Source: Patescibacteria group bacterium (GTDB taxonomy: Bacteria > Patescibacteriota > Microgenomatia > UBA10105 > UBA927). Taken from it: a stretch of 64,000 bases of DNA. Below are positions 1 through 10,045 of the stretch, in pieces. The stretch covers positions 19,701 to 83,700 of the forward strand of contig DPYI01000025.1 of the NCBI GenBank assembly GCA_003545435.1, in the 5' to 3' direction. The position numbers and the translations under genes are program-made. The notes beneath the pieces were generated by a model. It saw nothing but the letters and a program-made list of their open reading frames with translations, was not told where the DNA came from and did no database searches. How positions within the stretch are numbered: the stretch's first letter is position 1; every line of letters starts with the position of its first letter.

Positions 1-273
1 AAAACGGTTATATTCTATGCCTCCTACGTGCGCTGCAAGATTCATGATTATATCCTGATTTTTGCAGGCCTCCCTTGCTGTTTCTCTATCAGTACAATCT
101 CCTTTGATAAACCTTGCTGTGTCTTTTAAATATCCGATATTTTTTACTTTTCCGTCACGCATCATATCCAGAACCGATACGGAGGCGCCAAGCTTTACTA
201 ATTTCTCTACGACAAAACTTCCGATAAAACCCGTTCCTCCTGTTACCAATACATGCTTATTTTTCCAAAACAT
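1..273 (-). CDS. NAD-dependent epimerase/reductase (extended SDR, GDP-fucose synthase/ColC-like), 3' end runs off the window
   Basis: Not in the ORF track. Manual translation from ATG 273 gives MFWKNKHVLVTGGTGFIGSFVVEKL...IMNLAAHVGGIEYNRF, with Rossmann GGxGxxG and an LAAxVGGI motif typical of Fcl/ColC-type enzymes. Confidence 0.8.
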   Translation of the reverse strand, partial: MFWKNKHVLVTGGTGFIGSFVVEKLVKLGASVSVLDMMRDGKVKNIGYLKDTARFIKGDCTDRETAREACKNQDIIMNLAAHVGGIEYNRF

Positions 274-285
274 AGGGAGTTTTTT

Positions 286-1461
286 TTAAGAAAATATTGA
301 AATCAATGTTTTTATTTCCTTATCCGTCAATTCGGGATTATTTCCGAAATACAATCCCTGTTCATGTGCGATATTTGCATTTGTAGGTATGTCGCGTTTG
401 GCACCATTTACGTATTTTAGATAAAACGGTTGTTTGGTCATGTCCCCTCCGACGATAGGTCGTATTTCTACGAGTCCGTTACATTTTTTTACCAGGTCAT
501 CCCGTATCTTTTGAGTTCTACAGACAATAGGTACAGCAAAATTGGATACAATGTCCATGTGATCATAGCGGATGGGATAATACTGTGCGGTATTTCCGTA
601 AATAATCCTCGCTATGGCGAAAAAATTAGATTGACGTTTTTTTACAATCTGGTCAAGATATGACAGCTGAATATTTCCGACAAATCCCTGAATTTCCGTT
701 GTACGTAAATTGTATCCCAGATCATAAAAGGTATATCGTGAATAAAATGTCTCATTGACATGATGTTTGATGCGGATTTTCAGCTGTCTGTCTTGGGTAA
801 GATTCCTGTCCCATCCGTGAGCACGGACAAACTGCAGCATGGTCTCAAGTTCCGTGTTATCAGTACACACCGCTCCTCCTTCTATCGTCGACATGTGATG
901 ACCTACATAAAATGAAAATGTACTGGCCAGACCAAAATTTCCCAGTTTTTTCCCTTTATAAACCGAGCCGAGTGATTCGCAGTTATCTTCTATCAAAAGA
1001 ATGTCTTTCTTTTTACAGATTCTGTATATTTCATCAATGTCATCACAAAAACCAAGTAAATTCGTCAGAAATAACATTTTTATGGGATGCTTCTGGATCG
1101 TTTTCAGAAGAATTCGGGAAGAAACATTCAGCGTGTCAAGCGCACAATCAATGGGCACAGGTTGAAGCCCCAATTCAATAAGCGGCATGACGTTTGTAGA
1201 CCACGTGAGAGCTGAAAAACCGACTGCATCTCCCTTTTTAATTTTTCCCAGGTTAAGAAGTGCCTGAATGATAGCTAAATTTGCACTGCTGCCGCTGTTG
1301 ACAAATACGCAATGTTTCCGTCCCTGATATTTTGCAAAATTATGTTCGAATTTTCCGCATTCTTTTCCGATACTTAGCATGTGTGCATTTTTTATAAAAA
1401 CACACAGTTTCTGTTTTGTATTCTTTTCGTTGTAGAAGGTTGATTTGATAAGCTTGATCAT
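286..1461 (-). CDS. DegT/DnrJ-fold PLP/PMP enzyme, ColD-like GDP-4-keto-6-deoxymannose 3-dehydratase
   Basis: VNSGSSANL, IEDNCESLG and FSFYVGHHMSTIEGG (His where sugar aminotransferases have the Schiff-base Lys), plus GYNLR. No Fe-S Cys cluster. Confidence 0.75.
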   Translation of the reverse strand: MIKLIKSTFYNEKNTKQKLCVFIKNAHMLSIGKECGKFEHNFAKYQGRKHCVFVNSGSSANLAIIQALLNLGKIKKGDAVGFSALTWSTNVMPLIELGLQPVPIDCALDTLNVSSRILLKTIQKHPIKMLFLTNLLGFCDDIDEIYRICKKKDILLIEDNCESLGSVYKGKKLGNFGLASTFSFYVGHHMSTIEGGAVCTDNTELETMLQFVRAHGWDRNLTQDRQLKIRIKHHVNETFYSRYTFYDLGYNLRTTEIQGFVGNIQLSYLDQIVKKRQSNFFAIARIIYGNTAQYYPIRYDHMDIVSNFAVPIVCRTQKIRDDLVKKCNGLVEIRPIVGGDMTKQPFYLKYVNGAKRDIPTNANIAHEQGLYFGNNPELTDKEIKTLISIFS

Positions 1462-1494
1462 AAAAATCTAAAATACTGAGCTTGCCGAAGTATA

Positions 1495-2655
1495 TTACAA
1501 AAGACCTCTGAATGCATCGGTAAAAATATGATCCCATCTATATTTCTTTGCAAATGCTAACGCATTTTTCCGCATTATTTCCATTTTTTTCTTATTTTTT
1601 AACAGTGAAACGACTGCACGCGCTAGACACCTTTTATCATACGGAACAATCAGAGAGCATCCCGTTTGAAACGATTCCTCGGCAATCGAACCCACATCAG
1701 TCATAATAACCGGCAATCCGCATGCAAAGTACCTCTTTATTTTCCCCGGTTCTGTATGGGTAACAACAGTGTTTGTTGGCGTATATGAAGCGATACCAAG
1801 AGCGGCCTTTGCTACGCGTTTGTCAGTCGTGTCGGGATCTTCTATGTAGCCAATAAATGTAACATGCTTCTCTAAATTTTTCTCTTTTATCATATGTTCA
1901 AGAGACTTCCGATATGGCCCTTTGCCAATGAGTGAAAAATGAACAGAAGGGACAGCGGGAATGATATACTGCAGGGCTTCGATCACCAGCTGAATTCCCT
2001 GACCTTCGACAATTGACCCCAGATACATAACTTCATTTAAAGAAAGGCGTTTTGGTTTTTCTCTATCATATCTTACCCTGACACCATTCGGCGTCACCTT
2101 CTGATTTGGAAATATTCTCTTCCATCGGCTGGTCCGGGCAACTATCATCTGAGGAGCATAATTCCAAGTAGCATCACAAAACACGGCACACCAGTAATCA
2201 AGCCGATGATAGAGAGCGTTCATGAGTGCATGTGAGAAACGCCTTGGGATATAGTCAATCACATAATAAATACACTGGTTAATTTTTCCCGCCATTCGAA
2301 GGAATAATCCGTTAAATGCATTGAGATTTCCCAGTCCGATATAGTAATCGATTTTCCCCGGTACAGAGAGGGTCCAATAGAGAGTAACGATACTGTCTAT
2401 CCCGTACGCAATTGCTTCCGGAAGAAACGACGTTGTTGGTGCCGTACTTTTTTTTATCATTCTGCCGGATTCATACCATTCCCTATAGGATGATCGAACA
2501 CTATTATCCTCCATGGATCGGTTCCGATGTCCGATAAAGACAAGGGTTTTAATGCGACGAGAAAGTAAAAAATCCCTTAGTTCATGCGGCGGACCGAACA
2601 TCGCATCATGACAGACAATAACAGTGGTTTTTCCTCTAAAATCAGGTTTTTTCAT
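1495..2655 (-). CDS. GT4 (GT-B) glycosyltransferase
   Basis: YLGSIVEGQG, IGKGPY, PGKIKRYFACGLPVIMTDVG: C-terminal GT4 signature. Confidence 0.8.
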   Translation of the reverse strand: MKKPDFRGKTTVIVCHDAMFGPPHELRDFLLSRRIKTLVFIGHRNRSMEDNSVRSSYREWYESGRMIKKSTAPTTSFLPEAIAYGIDSIVTLYWTLSVPGKIDYYIGLGNLNAFNGLFLRMAGKINQCIYYVIDYIPRRFSHALMNALYHRLDYWCAVFCDATWNYAPQMIVARTSRWKRIFPNQKVTPNGVRVRYDREKPKRLSLNEVMYLGSIVEGQGIQLVIEALQYIIPAVPSVHFSLIGKGPYRKSLEHMIKEKNLEKHVTFIGYIEDPDTTDKRVAKAALGIASYTPTNTVVTHTEPGKIKRYFACGLPVIMTDVGSIAEESFQTGCSLIVPYDKRCLARAVVSLLKNKKKMEIMRKNALAFAKKYRWDHIFTDAFRGLL

Positions 2656-3881
2656 GAAGCGTGCATATCAATAAATTTTTGAAAGACTTTTTTCATATAA
2701 ACGATATGTTTTGGAGTTATTCCAGGATAGACGCCGATCCAAAAGCCGTTGTTCATAATCAAATCAGAATTATGTAATGTACCGGCAACACGGTAATCTT
2801 TTCTTTTTAGATACGCCGGATGTTTCAGGAGATTACCGGCAAAAAGATTCCGCGAACCTATTTTGTGCTCCTCCAGATATTTCACCAATTCAAGCCTCGT
2901 AAACGGCGCGTCATCTTTGACGACCAACATAAAACCAAACCAGCAAGGATCAGCTTCTTTTTCCCACCCGGGAAGTATAAAATACTTCTCGTGTTCCTTG
3001 AAAAAAATATAGAAATCTTGAAAATTTTTTTTCCGTTTTTTGATAAATTTCGGAAGCTTCTCAAGTTGAGCTACGCCAATCGCTGCCTGAAAATCCGTAA
3101 GCTTCACATTGTACCCGATCTGTGAATAAATATATTTATGGTCAAACCCTTTCGGAAGGTTGCCTAATTGCCAGTCAAATCTTTTGCCGCACGTATTGTC
3201 GTATCCTGTGTCGCACCAGCAATCCCGCCCCCAGTCACGGAATTGCCTAACGGAACGGTGAATAAGAGGATTATTGGTAACTACCGCTCCTCCCTCGCCC
3301 ATGGTGATCTGATGCGCCGGATAAAAGGAAAATGTTGCTACTGACCCGAACGCACTTACCGGTTTCCCGTTATATTGTGAACCTAACGCGTCACAGCAGT
3401 CTTCGATAAACCAGAGGTCATATTTCTTTACAAGCTCCATAATGCCCGCCAGCGGCAAGGGATTCCCTAATGTGTGTGCCAGCATAATTGCCTTTGTCCG
3501 TTTTGAGACAGCTTTTTGAATCATCTCGACAGTTGAATTTTTTGTAAGGATGTCCACATCGATAAATACCGGAATACACTGGTTTTGTACTATAGGATTG
3601 ACAGTCGTTGGAAACGCGCATGCTGCGGTAATGACTTCATCCCCCGGCTTCAAAGCCCTTTTCCCAAATACGGCCGATGTTAGAGCGGACAAAGCTAACA
3701 AATTTGCAGATGATCCGGAATTCACTAACGAAACATATTTGATTCCGATATAGGAAGAAAATTCCTTTTCAAACTTTTTTGCAAACCGGCCTTCTGTCCA
3801 CCATCCGTCACGTGCTGCTTGTATTGCGTTTGTTACTTCCTTCTGATCAAACACTTTACCGGTTGCTGGAATGTATTTCAT
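2652..3881 (-). CDS. rfbH: CDP-4-keto-6-deoxy-D-glucose 3-dehydrase (E1/DdhC/RfbH)
   Basis: EDCCDALG, SFYPAHQITMGEGG, RDWGRDCWC...NTCGKRF (Fe-S ligands) and FDHKYIYS are all hallmark RfbH motifs. Confidence 0.92.
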   Translation of the reverse strand: MKYIPATGKVFDQKEVTNAIQAARDGWWTEGRFAKKFEKEFSSYIGIKYVSLVNSGSSANLLALSALTSAVFGKRALKPGDEVITAACAFPTTVNPIVQNQCIPVFIDVDILTKNSTVEMIQKAVSKRTKAIMLAHTLGNPLPLAGIMELVKKYDLWFIEDCCDALGSQYNGKPVSAFGSVATFSFYPAHQITMGEGGAVVTNNPLIHRSVRQFRDWGRDCWCDTGYDNTCGKRFDWQLGNLPKGFDHKYIYSQIGYNVKLTDFQAAIGVAQLEKLPKFIKKRKKNFQDFYIFFKEHEKYFILPGWEKEADPCWFGFMLVVKDDAPFTRLELVKYLEEHKIGSRNLFAGNLLKHPAYLKRKDYRVAGTLHNSDLIMNNGFWIGVYPGITPKHIVYMKKVFQKFIDMHAS

Positions 3882-3897
3882 GAGACACCTCTGTTTT

Positions 3898-4122
3898 TTA
3901 TTTCTTTGGTTTTGTGAAATAGGCTTCGATTATCAAAAAAACCATTCCTGTGCAAAGGACCATATATGCAAAGGATCCTATCTTTTCAGTATTTCCAAAA
4001 GGATAGAGAATTGTACACAGCATGGCAGATATCAGGGTAATAAAACCTACAGAAATGCAGGCATCAGTCATTATCCGTACCATGCTCGTCAGATGAATCT
4101 GATTATACCTTACTTTTTTCAT
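3898..4122 (-). CDS. small two-TM membrane protein, hypothetical
   Basis: 74 aa with two hydrophobic segments. Fills the gap between two co-oriented genes and overlaps the upstream stop. Confidence 0.55.
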   Translation of the reverse strand: MKKVRYNQIHLTSMVRIMTDACISVGFITLISAMLCTILYPFGNTEKIGSFAYMVLCTGMVFLIIEAYFTKPKK

Positions 4123-6331
4123 ATTTTCGACTTTTTACATATATCCATAAAACCGTACCTCCGGCAACGGCAGTCAGAAAAATCCCCGCATAGTAAGAGA
4201 GCTGTGGCTGAAAATACAAAAGAAATGACATGCGCAGTTTTCCGTTGGGCAGTTCTTCAACAAACTCTTTCGAATAGGTCTTTTTCAGATACTCCGGATC
4301 CAGATCCCAGCTGTTGGCCCATCCGTACAGAATATTGTGATTGTGGTCAGGAATCTGTATTCCTTTCCGAAAAATTATACTCTTCCCGTAGGATTTTTGA
4401 GGGATAGGGTACAATTTCCACCATCTGGAATAATTTTCCAGAAGCACTAAAGAGACTGTATCAGAAAAACCCGATATCCGGATGCGTATCTGGACCGGAT
4501 TTTCCCTTTCATACTCAAAAGATAGTGAGGGGTCCTCATCTGCCAGTGATACAAGATCGGATCTGCATGTGTCTTTGACACCATACATGTATATGCCGCT
4601 TTTCTCCTGACCCAATATCTCTTTTGACTGAATGTCGAAAGACGCATCCAGGATTGAGATAATGCTTGATTGAGGAATTTCAATTTTCGTCTCATCAGCA
4701 TAATCTGTCCGTACGACAATATGGGAAATTCCCAATTCCCCAGCTTTTGTACAAAAAGATTGTCCTTCTCGTATGAGCCTCATCAAGGTATTGGTTTGTT
4801 TTTTATACGGAAGGTCCACGGAGTAGCCAGTGGGGTCGGGGCTTATGACGGGAACTTTCCATAATTCATAAATGAAATCAATGCCGGAATACCCGTTCAT
4901 TGACTGATTGAATTTCGGATACACACCGTATGTTCCGGGCAAAAGGAGTATGCGCGTCGCTTTTTCCATTTTCAGCCTATTTCCTGCATCAACGTAATAG
5001 TCTGGTATATGAAATGACGTCAGTCCGCCGGCAAAAATAAAACTATACACCAGCCAGCCGATGCATCCTCCGAACACTATGCCTGCTGTCACTCGTAATA
5101 CAGTTCGGAACCTAGCCATTCTCTCTTCAAAAAAAGCAAGCCCCATCATTGAAAGAGAGATATAAAAGAAGAAAAACTCCCAATAGAATTTGCTGACCGG
5201 ACGTCTGAAAATCTGAAATCCGGGTATGTGTTCATACAAAAACTGAAACATATTTCCCCACGGTTCCCTGACCCCTTTTGAAATAAACACTCCTAAAAGA
5301 AGCAGTCCAAAAAAAATGCGGATACCCGGATTTCTCTGTCTTTGAAAAAGTGCATATCCTAAAAAAACTGTCATGAGGAGAAACAAAAGAGGAAGAGGAA
5401 AGCGGAAATAGCCAAAATAGGAAGGCGTATCATACAGTTGACCTTCAGCGCGCCCTAAAAAAATATTTCCTATTGTCGAAAATCCCGTTGCTGCTACTAC
5501 TCCTGACATAAGCGGATTGGTTTCATACTGCGCATGTGAAAAAAATTGTGTCACGAGAAACGGAATAAGCCACCACGAACATGCTAAAATCATGAGTATG
5601 AATACCAAAATATATCGTTTGACCGTCCGAACAGACGGTATACGGGAAAGAAGAATCGAAAAAAGAGCATATGCACTAAAAATTATTGCCAGTATGTATG
5701 GTACGGAGATGCTGTACGCTGCTCCTGACACAGAACTGAAGAACAGGAGAAAAAGAAGCAAAACTTTTTTGTATGATATGTTCTGTTCTTCCAATATATG
5801 AACATAGAACAACAAAATCCAGGGGAAGAGCGCATACAGAACAAGACTCAGGAAATGACCGGGTGCAATAAGACCTATCGGGTATGGTGAAAATCCATAA
5901 AGCTCCGCTCCGATGAAAGACCAAAAGAATGTTCTATGCTTTTTTAAATTCAACGAATGAACCAAATATTCCTGAAGAAACTGAAACATTGATACCTGCG
6001 ACAGGAAAAGAAGAAGGCTGATAAAAAAAAGAACGCTGAAATGAGGAGACACATGAAGCTGGGATAAAACCCACATAATCACATGGTAGGGAAAAAGCGT
6101 TGATAATTGAGGCGTGCTTTCATACCCTGCCGTATGGAGCGGATCATAGACAAACAGGTGGTTTCCAATCTCATATGCAAGGTCAACCGGAGAAGAAAAA
6201 TCACAGCTCCCTGCGAGGGGGTATATCGCATTGGAGCTTTTCCAGAAAAAAGGAGCCAGTGACAGGCAGGCAAAAAAAACGTATGGAAGAATGTTCTTTC
6301 TGTGTGATAGAAGTTTTGTCAAAAGCTTCAT
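4103..6331 (-). CDS. large multi-pass membrane protein, putative GT-C glycosyltransferase (AftD/DUF3367-like N-terminus)
   Basis: About 13 TM segments; WWLIP; SKG...YEHIPGFQIFRRPVSKF; RILLLP extracellular domain; YGWANSW...YFQPQ; C-terminal anchor. Confidence 0.6.
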   Translation of the reverse strand: MKLLTKLLSHRKNILPYVFFACLSLAPFFWKSSNAIYPLAGSCDFSSPVDLAYEIGNHLFVYDPLHTAGYESTPQLSTLFPYHVIMWVLSQLHVSPHFSVLFFISLLLFLSQVSMFQFLQEYLVHSLNLKKHRTFFWSFIGAELYGFSPYPIGLIAPGHFLSLVLYALFPWILLFYVHILEEQNISYKKVLLLFLLFFSSVSGAAYSISVPYILAIIFSAYALFSILLSRIPSVRTVKRYILVFILMILACSWWLIPFLVTQFFSHAQYETNPLMSGVVAATGFSTIGNIFLGRAEGQLYDTPSYFGYFRFPLPLLFLLMTVFLGYALFQRQRNPGIRIFFGLLLLGVFISKGVREPWGNMFQFLYEHIPGFQIFRRPVSKFYWEFFFFYISLSMMGLAFFEERMARFRTVLRVTAGIVFGGCIGWLVYSFIFAGGLTSFHIPDYYVDAGNRLKMEKATRILLLPGTYGVYPKFNQSMNGYSGIDFIYELWKVPVISPDPTGYSVDLPYKKQTNTLMRLIREGQSFCTKAGELGISHIVVRTDYADETKIEIPQSSIISILDASFDIQSKEILGQEKSGIYMYGVKDTCRSDLVSLADEDPSLSFEYERENPVQIRIRISGFSDTVSLVLLENYSRWWKLYPIPQKSYGKSIIFRKGIQIPDHNHNILYGWANSWDLDPEYLKKTYSKEFVEELPNGKLRMSFLLYFQPQLSYYAGIFLTAVAGGTVLWIYVKSRKYEKSKV

Positions 6332-7260
6332 GTGGGTTTTCGTTGAAATAGCAGCTTTATGACTGCTGAAGCTATCAAATGAACAGATAAACCGTTTTGA
6401 TCATGCATATATTCCTGCAAACCGATTTTTTCCGTAAACCTATCAGGGACACCCATGCGCTGAAAGGGCGTTCCCAGCGATGACTCTGCAAGCACTTCGC
6501 TCACCGCACTGCCCAAACCTCCGATAATGCTATGATCCTCAAGGGTAATGACTGCATGTGTTTTTTTCGCACTCTCGAGAATAAGAGGAGCATCAATCGG
6601 CTTTATTGTATGCATGCTGATGACGCGCACCGAGCAGCTCTTTTTTGCAAGCAGCGCTGCCGCTTCCAATGCCCGAGAAACAAGCGTGGAGGTTGCAACA
6701 ATAGTTGCATCGGATCCATCCTGCAGAATGATCCCTTTCCCGATCCGAAAACGCGGTTCTTTGTTGTAAAGAATTTTTTCTCCGGCTTTGCCTAAACGAA
6801 AATACACTGGTGTGTTCGTTGTCAGCATTGCTCTCGTTGCGAGATGAACTTCCGTAGGATCTCCGGGAGCAATAATAGTCATATCAGGAAGTGTTCTTAA
6901 AATGCCGATATCTTCAAGACTATGGTGTGTGTGGCCGTATGGTCCGTAGGAAAATCCTGCTCCAACGCCGACTATCTTTACATTGAGATTCTGATAACAG
7001 ATGTCGTTCCTGATTTGTTCAAAATTGCGCATTGTCACAAAGGGAACAATGGAATATATAACCGGTTTATATCCTTCCATCGCTAAACCGGCAGCAACGC
7101 CGGTCATATTCTGTTCCGCAACCCCGGCATTGAGATACTGTTTCGGAAGTTCCCGCATAAAGTTCTCGAATGCGGAAAACCCCAGATCTCCTGTTAGGAG
7201 AATAATCCGATTGTCCTTTTTGGCTTCTTCCAAAAGCGTCGCGGCAAATGTATTTCTCAT
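6328..7260 (-). CDS. transketolase-like protein, C-terminal (pyrimidine-binding) subunit
   Basis: LTGDLGF, NAGVAEQNM, EQIRNDIC, GHTHHSLED, EDHSIIGGLG. Confidence 0.92.
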   Translation of the reverse strand: MRNTFAATLLEEAKKDNRIILLTGDLGFSAFENFMRELPKQYLNAGVAEQNMTGVAAGLAMEGYKPVIYSIVPFVTMRNFEQIRNDICYQNLNVKIVGVGAGFSYGPYGHTHHSLEDIGILRTLPDMTIIAPGDPTEVHLATRAMLTTNTPVYFRLGKAGEKILYNKEPRFRIGKGIILQDGSDATIVATSTLVSRALEAAALLAKKSCSVRVISMHTIKPIDAPLILESAKKTHAVITLEDHSIIGGLGSAVSEVLAESSLGTPFQRMGVPDRFTEKIGLQEYMHDQNGLSVHLIASAVIKLLFQRKPT

Positions 7261-7268
7261 GGGAGTAT

Positions 7269-8090
7269 TTACGAACCTCTGTCTAATATTTCCATTACTT
7301 CTTTATATTCATCTTCCGTAGGAGGTTTATACTGTGATGAAATCTGATTGACGTGTTTTGCGACTCCTCCCCGCCCTTTTATTGTATGCGCGATGATAAC
7401 TGACGGATTCCCTTTGGTGAAAGGAACGGAAGTGAAAGCGTCAACGAGCTGTGTAAAGTTATGACCGTCAACCTCTCGGGCTTCCCAGCCGAATGCTTCC
7501 CATTTCTCAGCAAACGGCTCCAGGTCAAGGACGTTTTTCGTATATCCGAATCCCTGAAGCTTATTGTAATCAACGACAGCAATGAGGTTGTCGAGCTTGT
7601 GCTGTCTGGCAAACAGAACCGCTTCCCATGTGGATCCCTCGTCGCACTCACCGTCAGAAAGGATTGCGTACACTTTCCATTGTTTCCTGCGTTGTTTTCC
7701 GGCAAGAGCAACTCCTGCTGCCATTGCTAGCCCGTGACCAAGGGACCCCGCCGACGCTTCGATACCAAAACTCACATTCCTCGTGGAATGACCGGCGAGC
7801 AAGCCGCTGTCCATCTCATACCCATCTAACACCCGTCTGTCAAAAAACCCCCGCTGGGAAAGAACCGCGTACAATGCTTTCGCATCGTGTGCCTTGCTGA
7901 AAATCAAACGGTCTCGGTTGTCGTTGGAAGGATCTTTTGGAAATACGCGCATAACACGGAAATAGAGGGCAACCAGTATTTCGACACATGACAGCGCTCC
8001 TCCCGTGTGGGCGCTTTGAGCCCGGAAACTCATCATAAGAATTTGTTTTCGGATTTCTATAGCTATCTTTTTCAGTTGTCCTATGGACAT
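7269..8090 (-). CDS. transketolase-like protein, N-terminal TPP-binding subunit
   Basis: AHTGGALSC, RDRLIFSKAH, GSLGHGL, SDGECDEGSTWEA...N (TPP motif), HTIKGRG. Confidence 0.92.
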   Translation of the reverse strand: MSIGQLKKIAIEIRKQILMMSFRAQSAHTGGALSCVEILVALYFRVMRVFPKDPSNDNRDRLIFSKAHDAKALYAVLSQRGFFDRRVLDGYEMDSGLLAGHSTRNVSFGIEASAGSLGHGLAMAAGVALAGKQRRKQWKVYAILSDGECDEGSTWEAVLFARQHKLDNLIAVVDYNKLQGFGYTKNVLDLEPFAEKWEAFGWEAREVDGHNFTQLVDAFTSVPFTKGNPSVIIAHTIKGRGGVAKHVNQISSQYKPPTEDEYKEVMEILDRGS

Positions 8091-9028
8091 ATGTATCCTC
8101 TTTTTTCTGTCTTTTCCACTATATATGTTGGTCTGGACTTGGTCTCCTCTACAATCACCTGAATATATTTACCGATAATGGATAATGCCAGAAGATTCAC
8201 TCCGCCGAAAAAAACTATACTCACCAATATGGTTACTGCTCCCTTTATCGGATTTCCAAAGAGAAAAAAGAAAAGAATATATATGATAATAAATAGAAAA
8301 GATAAAAATACCAATATCAATCCAAACCATATTAACAGATCAAGAGGAAGATAGGAAAACCCGAATACACTCCGTTGGGCGTGCTGGAAATATGATATGA
8401 GCGAGTATGAACTTTTCCCGTGTATCCTTTTTTTCCGTTCATACGGTATATAGGCTGTCGAGAAACCAACCCAAGCGCGAATCCCCCGGGCAAAACGGTA
8501 TTTTTCGGGCAGATGCATCATGGCATTAACGACTCTCCTGGTATATAAGCCAAATCCGCTGCTATTAATCGGAATATTTACGTTTGAGATGATTCTCATA
8601 ATTTTATAAAAAGCTTTTCGTAAAAACACGATAAGCATCGGATCTTCGAGCTTCGTATAAATACCTATAATGCTATCGTATCCCTCTTCCCATTTCTTGA
8701 TAAATGTTGGCAGCAATTCTTCCGGCTCCTGAAGGTCGCAGGGGTACCAAATAACCGCATCGCCCTTAGTAAAATCAAAGCTGGCCTGAGAAGATGCTTC
8801 GGGGCCGAAATTTCTGGAAAGAAAAACACCTCTCACCGCACGATCTTTCTGTACCAGGCGATGAATTTCGATTCTTGTTTTATCAAGGCTGCCGTTATCG
8901 ACAAATATGTATTCGAAATCATACTTTTTTATTCCACGAATGATCTTTCGCAGCCTGCGGTATGCCTCACCAACATTTTCTTCCTCGTTATAACAAGAAA
9001 TGCCGATGGATATCAGTTGTTTTCTCAT
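8081..9028 (-). CDS. GT2 bactoprenol glycosyltransferase (GtrB/ArnC-like) with two C-terminal TM helices
   Basis: CYNEEEN, VDNGSLD, LSRNFG, CDLQEP, RAWVGF, two TMs, IGKYI...EETKSRP. Confidence 0.85.
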   Translation of the reverse strand: MRKQLISIGISCYNEEENVGEAYRRLRKIIRGIKKYDFEYIFVDNGSLDKTRIEIHRLVQKDRAVRGVFLSRNFGPEASSQASFDFTKGDAVIWYPCDLQEPEELLPTFIKKWEEGYDSIIGIYTKLEDPMLIVFLRKAFYKIMRIISNVNIPINSSGFGLYTRRVVNAMMHLPEKYRFARGIRAWVGFSTAYIPYERKKRIHGKSSYSLISYFQHAQRSVFGFSYLPLDLLIWFGLILVFLSFLFIIIYILFFFLFGNPIKGAVTILVSIVFFGGVNLLALSIIGKYIQVIVEETKSRPTYIVEKTEKRGYICP

Positions 9029-10032
9029 ATTTTTTTTGTTCGCATGGATAAACGTTTCATTTCCGACCAGCTATATCCAAATACCATGAGGAGAGACATA
9101 ATCGGATGGAGAAACCACGCGATATCAGGTTTTGATATAAATCCCTTCACGCTTATATATAAGGGTTGAATGATTGTTAGAGAAAATACTATAAATGCAG
9201 TTAAGTTGCGGCGGTCTTTGGGGGAATGGGAGTTATAGACTAAATATCTCCGTTTTCCCTTCAGGGTATCCGTAAAATACTTTTTTACCTCCACCCGCCT
9301 TATTACCTGATCCATAATATTCGGGCGGGAAACATGAATGATGCTGTTTTTTACGACGCCTACTGTATCATACCCCATACAAAGAAGCTCTCTATATCCG
9401 TCTGTATGGTAGAACGGCTTCCCTTTTCGGACCACTTTCCTAAAAACTTCAGCGCGTATCATACATCCATTATCTCCCATAACAGGCTGGTTATCTTCAG
9501 TGAACCGGACTATAGTATATTTTTGTGTATCTTTTATTATTTCCCCTTTATCATATTTCATCTGATCCATGCGGATTTTATCTGACTTTTTCAAATAGTA
9601 CAGTGTCGGATCGGGGGATCCGATTAATGCAAAGTATTTCGTAAGAATATCATCAGACGGATCGTATCCATTGTGCATGGAAAACGTCGAAAAAACATCT
9701 TTTTCCTTAAAAGGAGCCACCATGTCAGTCAGCCAACTTGACGAAGTCATTATGTTGTCCGATTGTAAAATCAAAACGATGTCTTCCTTGATATATGATA
9801 AAGCCCGGTAATAACGACCTAATCCTTCATTCTGATCATTTATAAAAGATAATATCCGGGGGTGATATTGACGTGCGACGGCAAGCACCTTTTTATGGCT
9901 TCCTCCGTCCAATATATAATGCCGGAATAGCCCCTTATACCGTTGTTTGCGTACAGCCTCAAGACATCTGGTAAACACTGCGATGTTTGGATTAAACGTA
10001 TTGGTGATAATTGCAATGGAAGGATTACTCAT
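9025..10032 (-). CDS. GT2 (GT-A) glycosyltransferase with C-terminal TM segments
   Basis: ILDGGS, LQSDN (DxD variant), GDNG, HTD. Start moved to ATG 10032 (MSNPSIAII) to avoid overlap. Confidence 0.7.
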   Translation of the reverse strand: MSNPSIAIITNTFNPNIAVFTRCLEAVRKQRYKGLFRHYILDGGSHKKVLAVARQYHPRILSFINDQNEGLGRYYRALSYIKEDIVLILQSDNIMTSSSWLTDMVAPFKEKDVFSTFSMHNGYDPSDDILTKYFALIGSPDPTLYYLKKSDKIRMDQMKYDKGEIIKDTQKYTIVRFTEDNQPVMGDNGCMIRAEVFRKVVRKGKPFYHTDGYRELLCMGYDTVGVVKNSIIHVSRPNIMDQVIRRVEVKKYFTDTLKGKRRYLVYNSHSPKDRRNLTAFIVFSLTIIQPLYISVKGFISKPDIAWFLHPIMSLLMVFGYSWSEMKRLSMRTKKI

Positions 10033-10045
10033 GGGTAGTGTGAAT

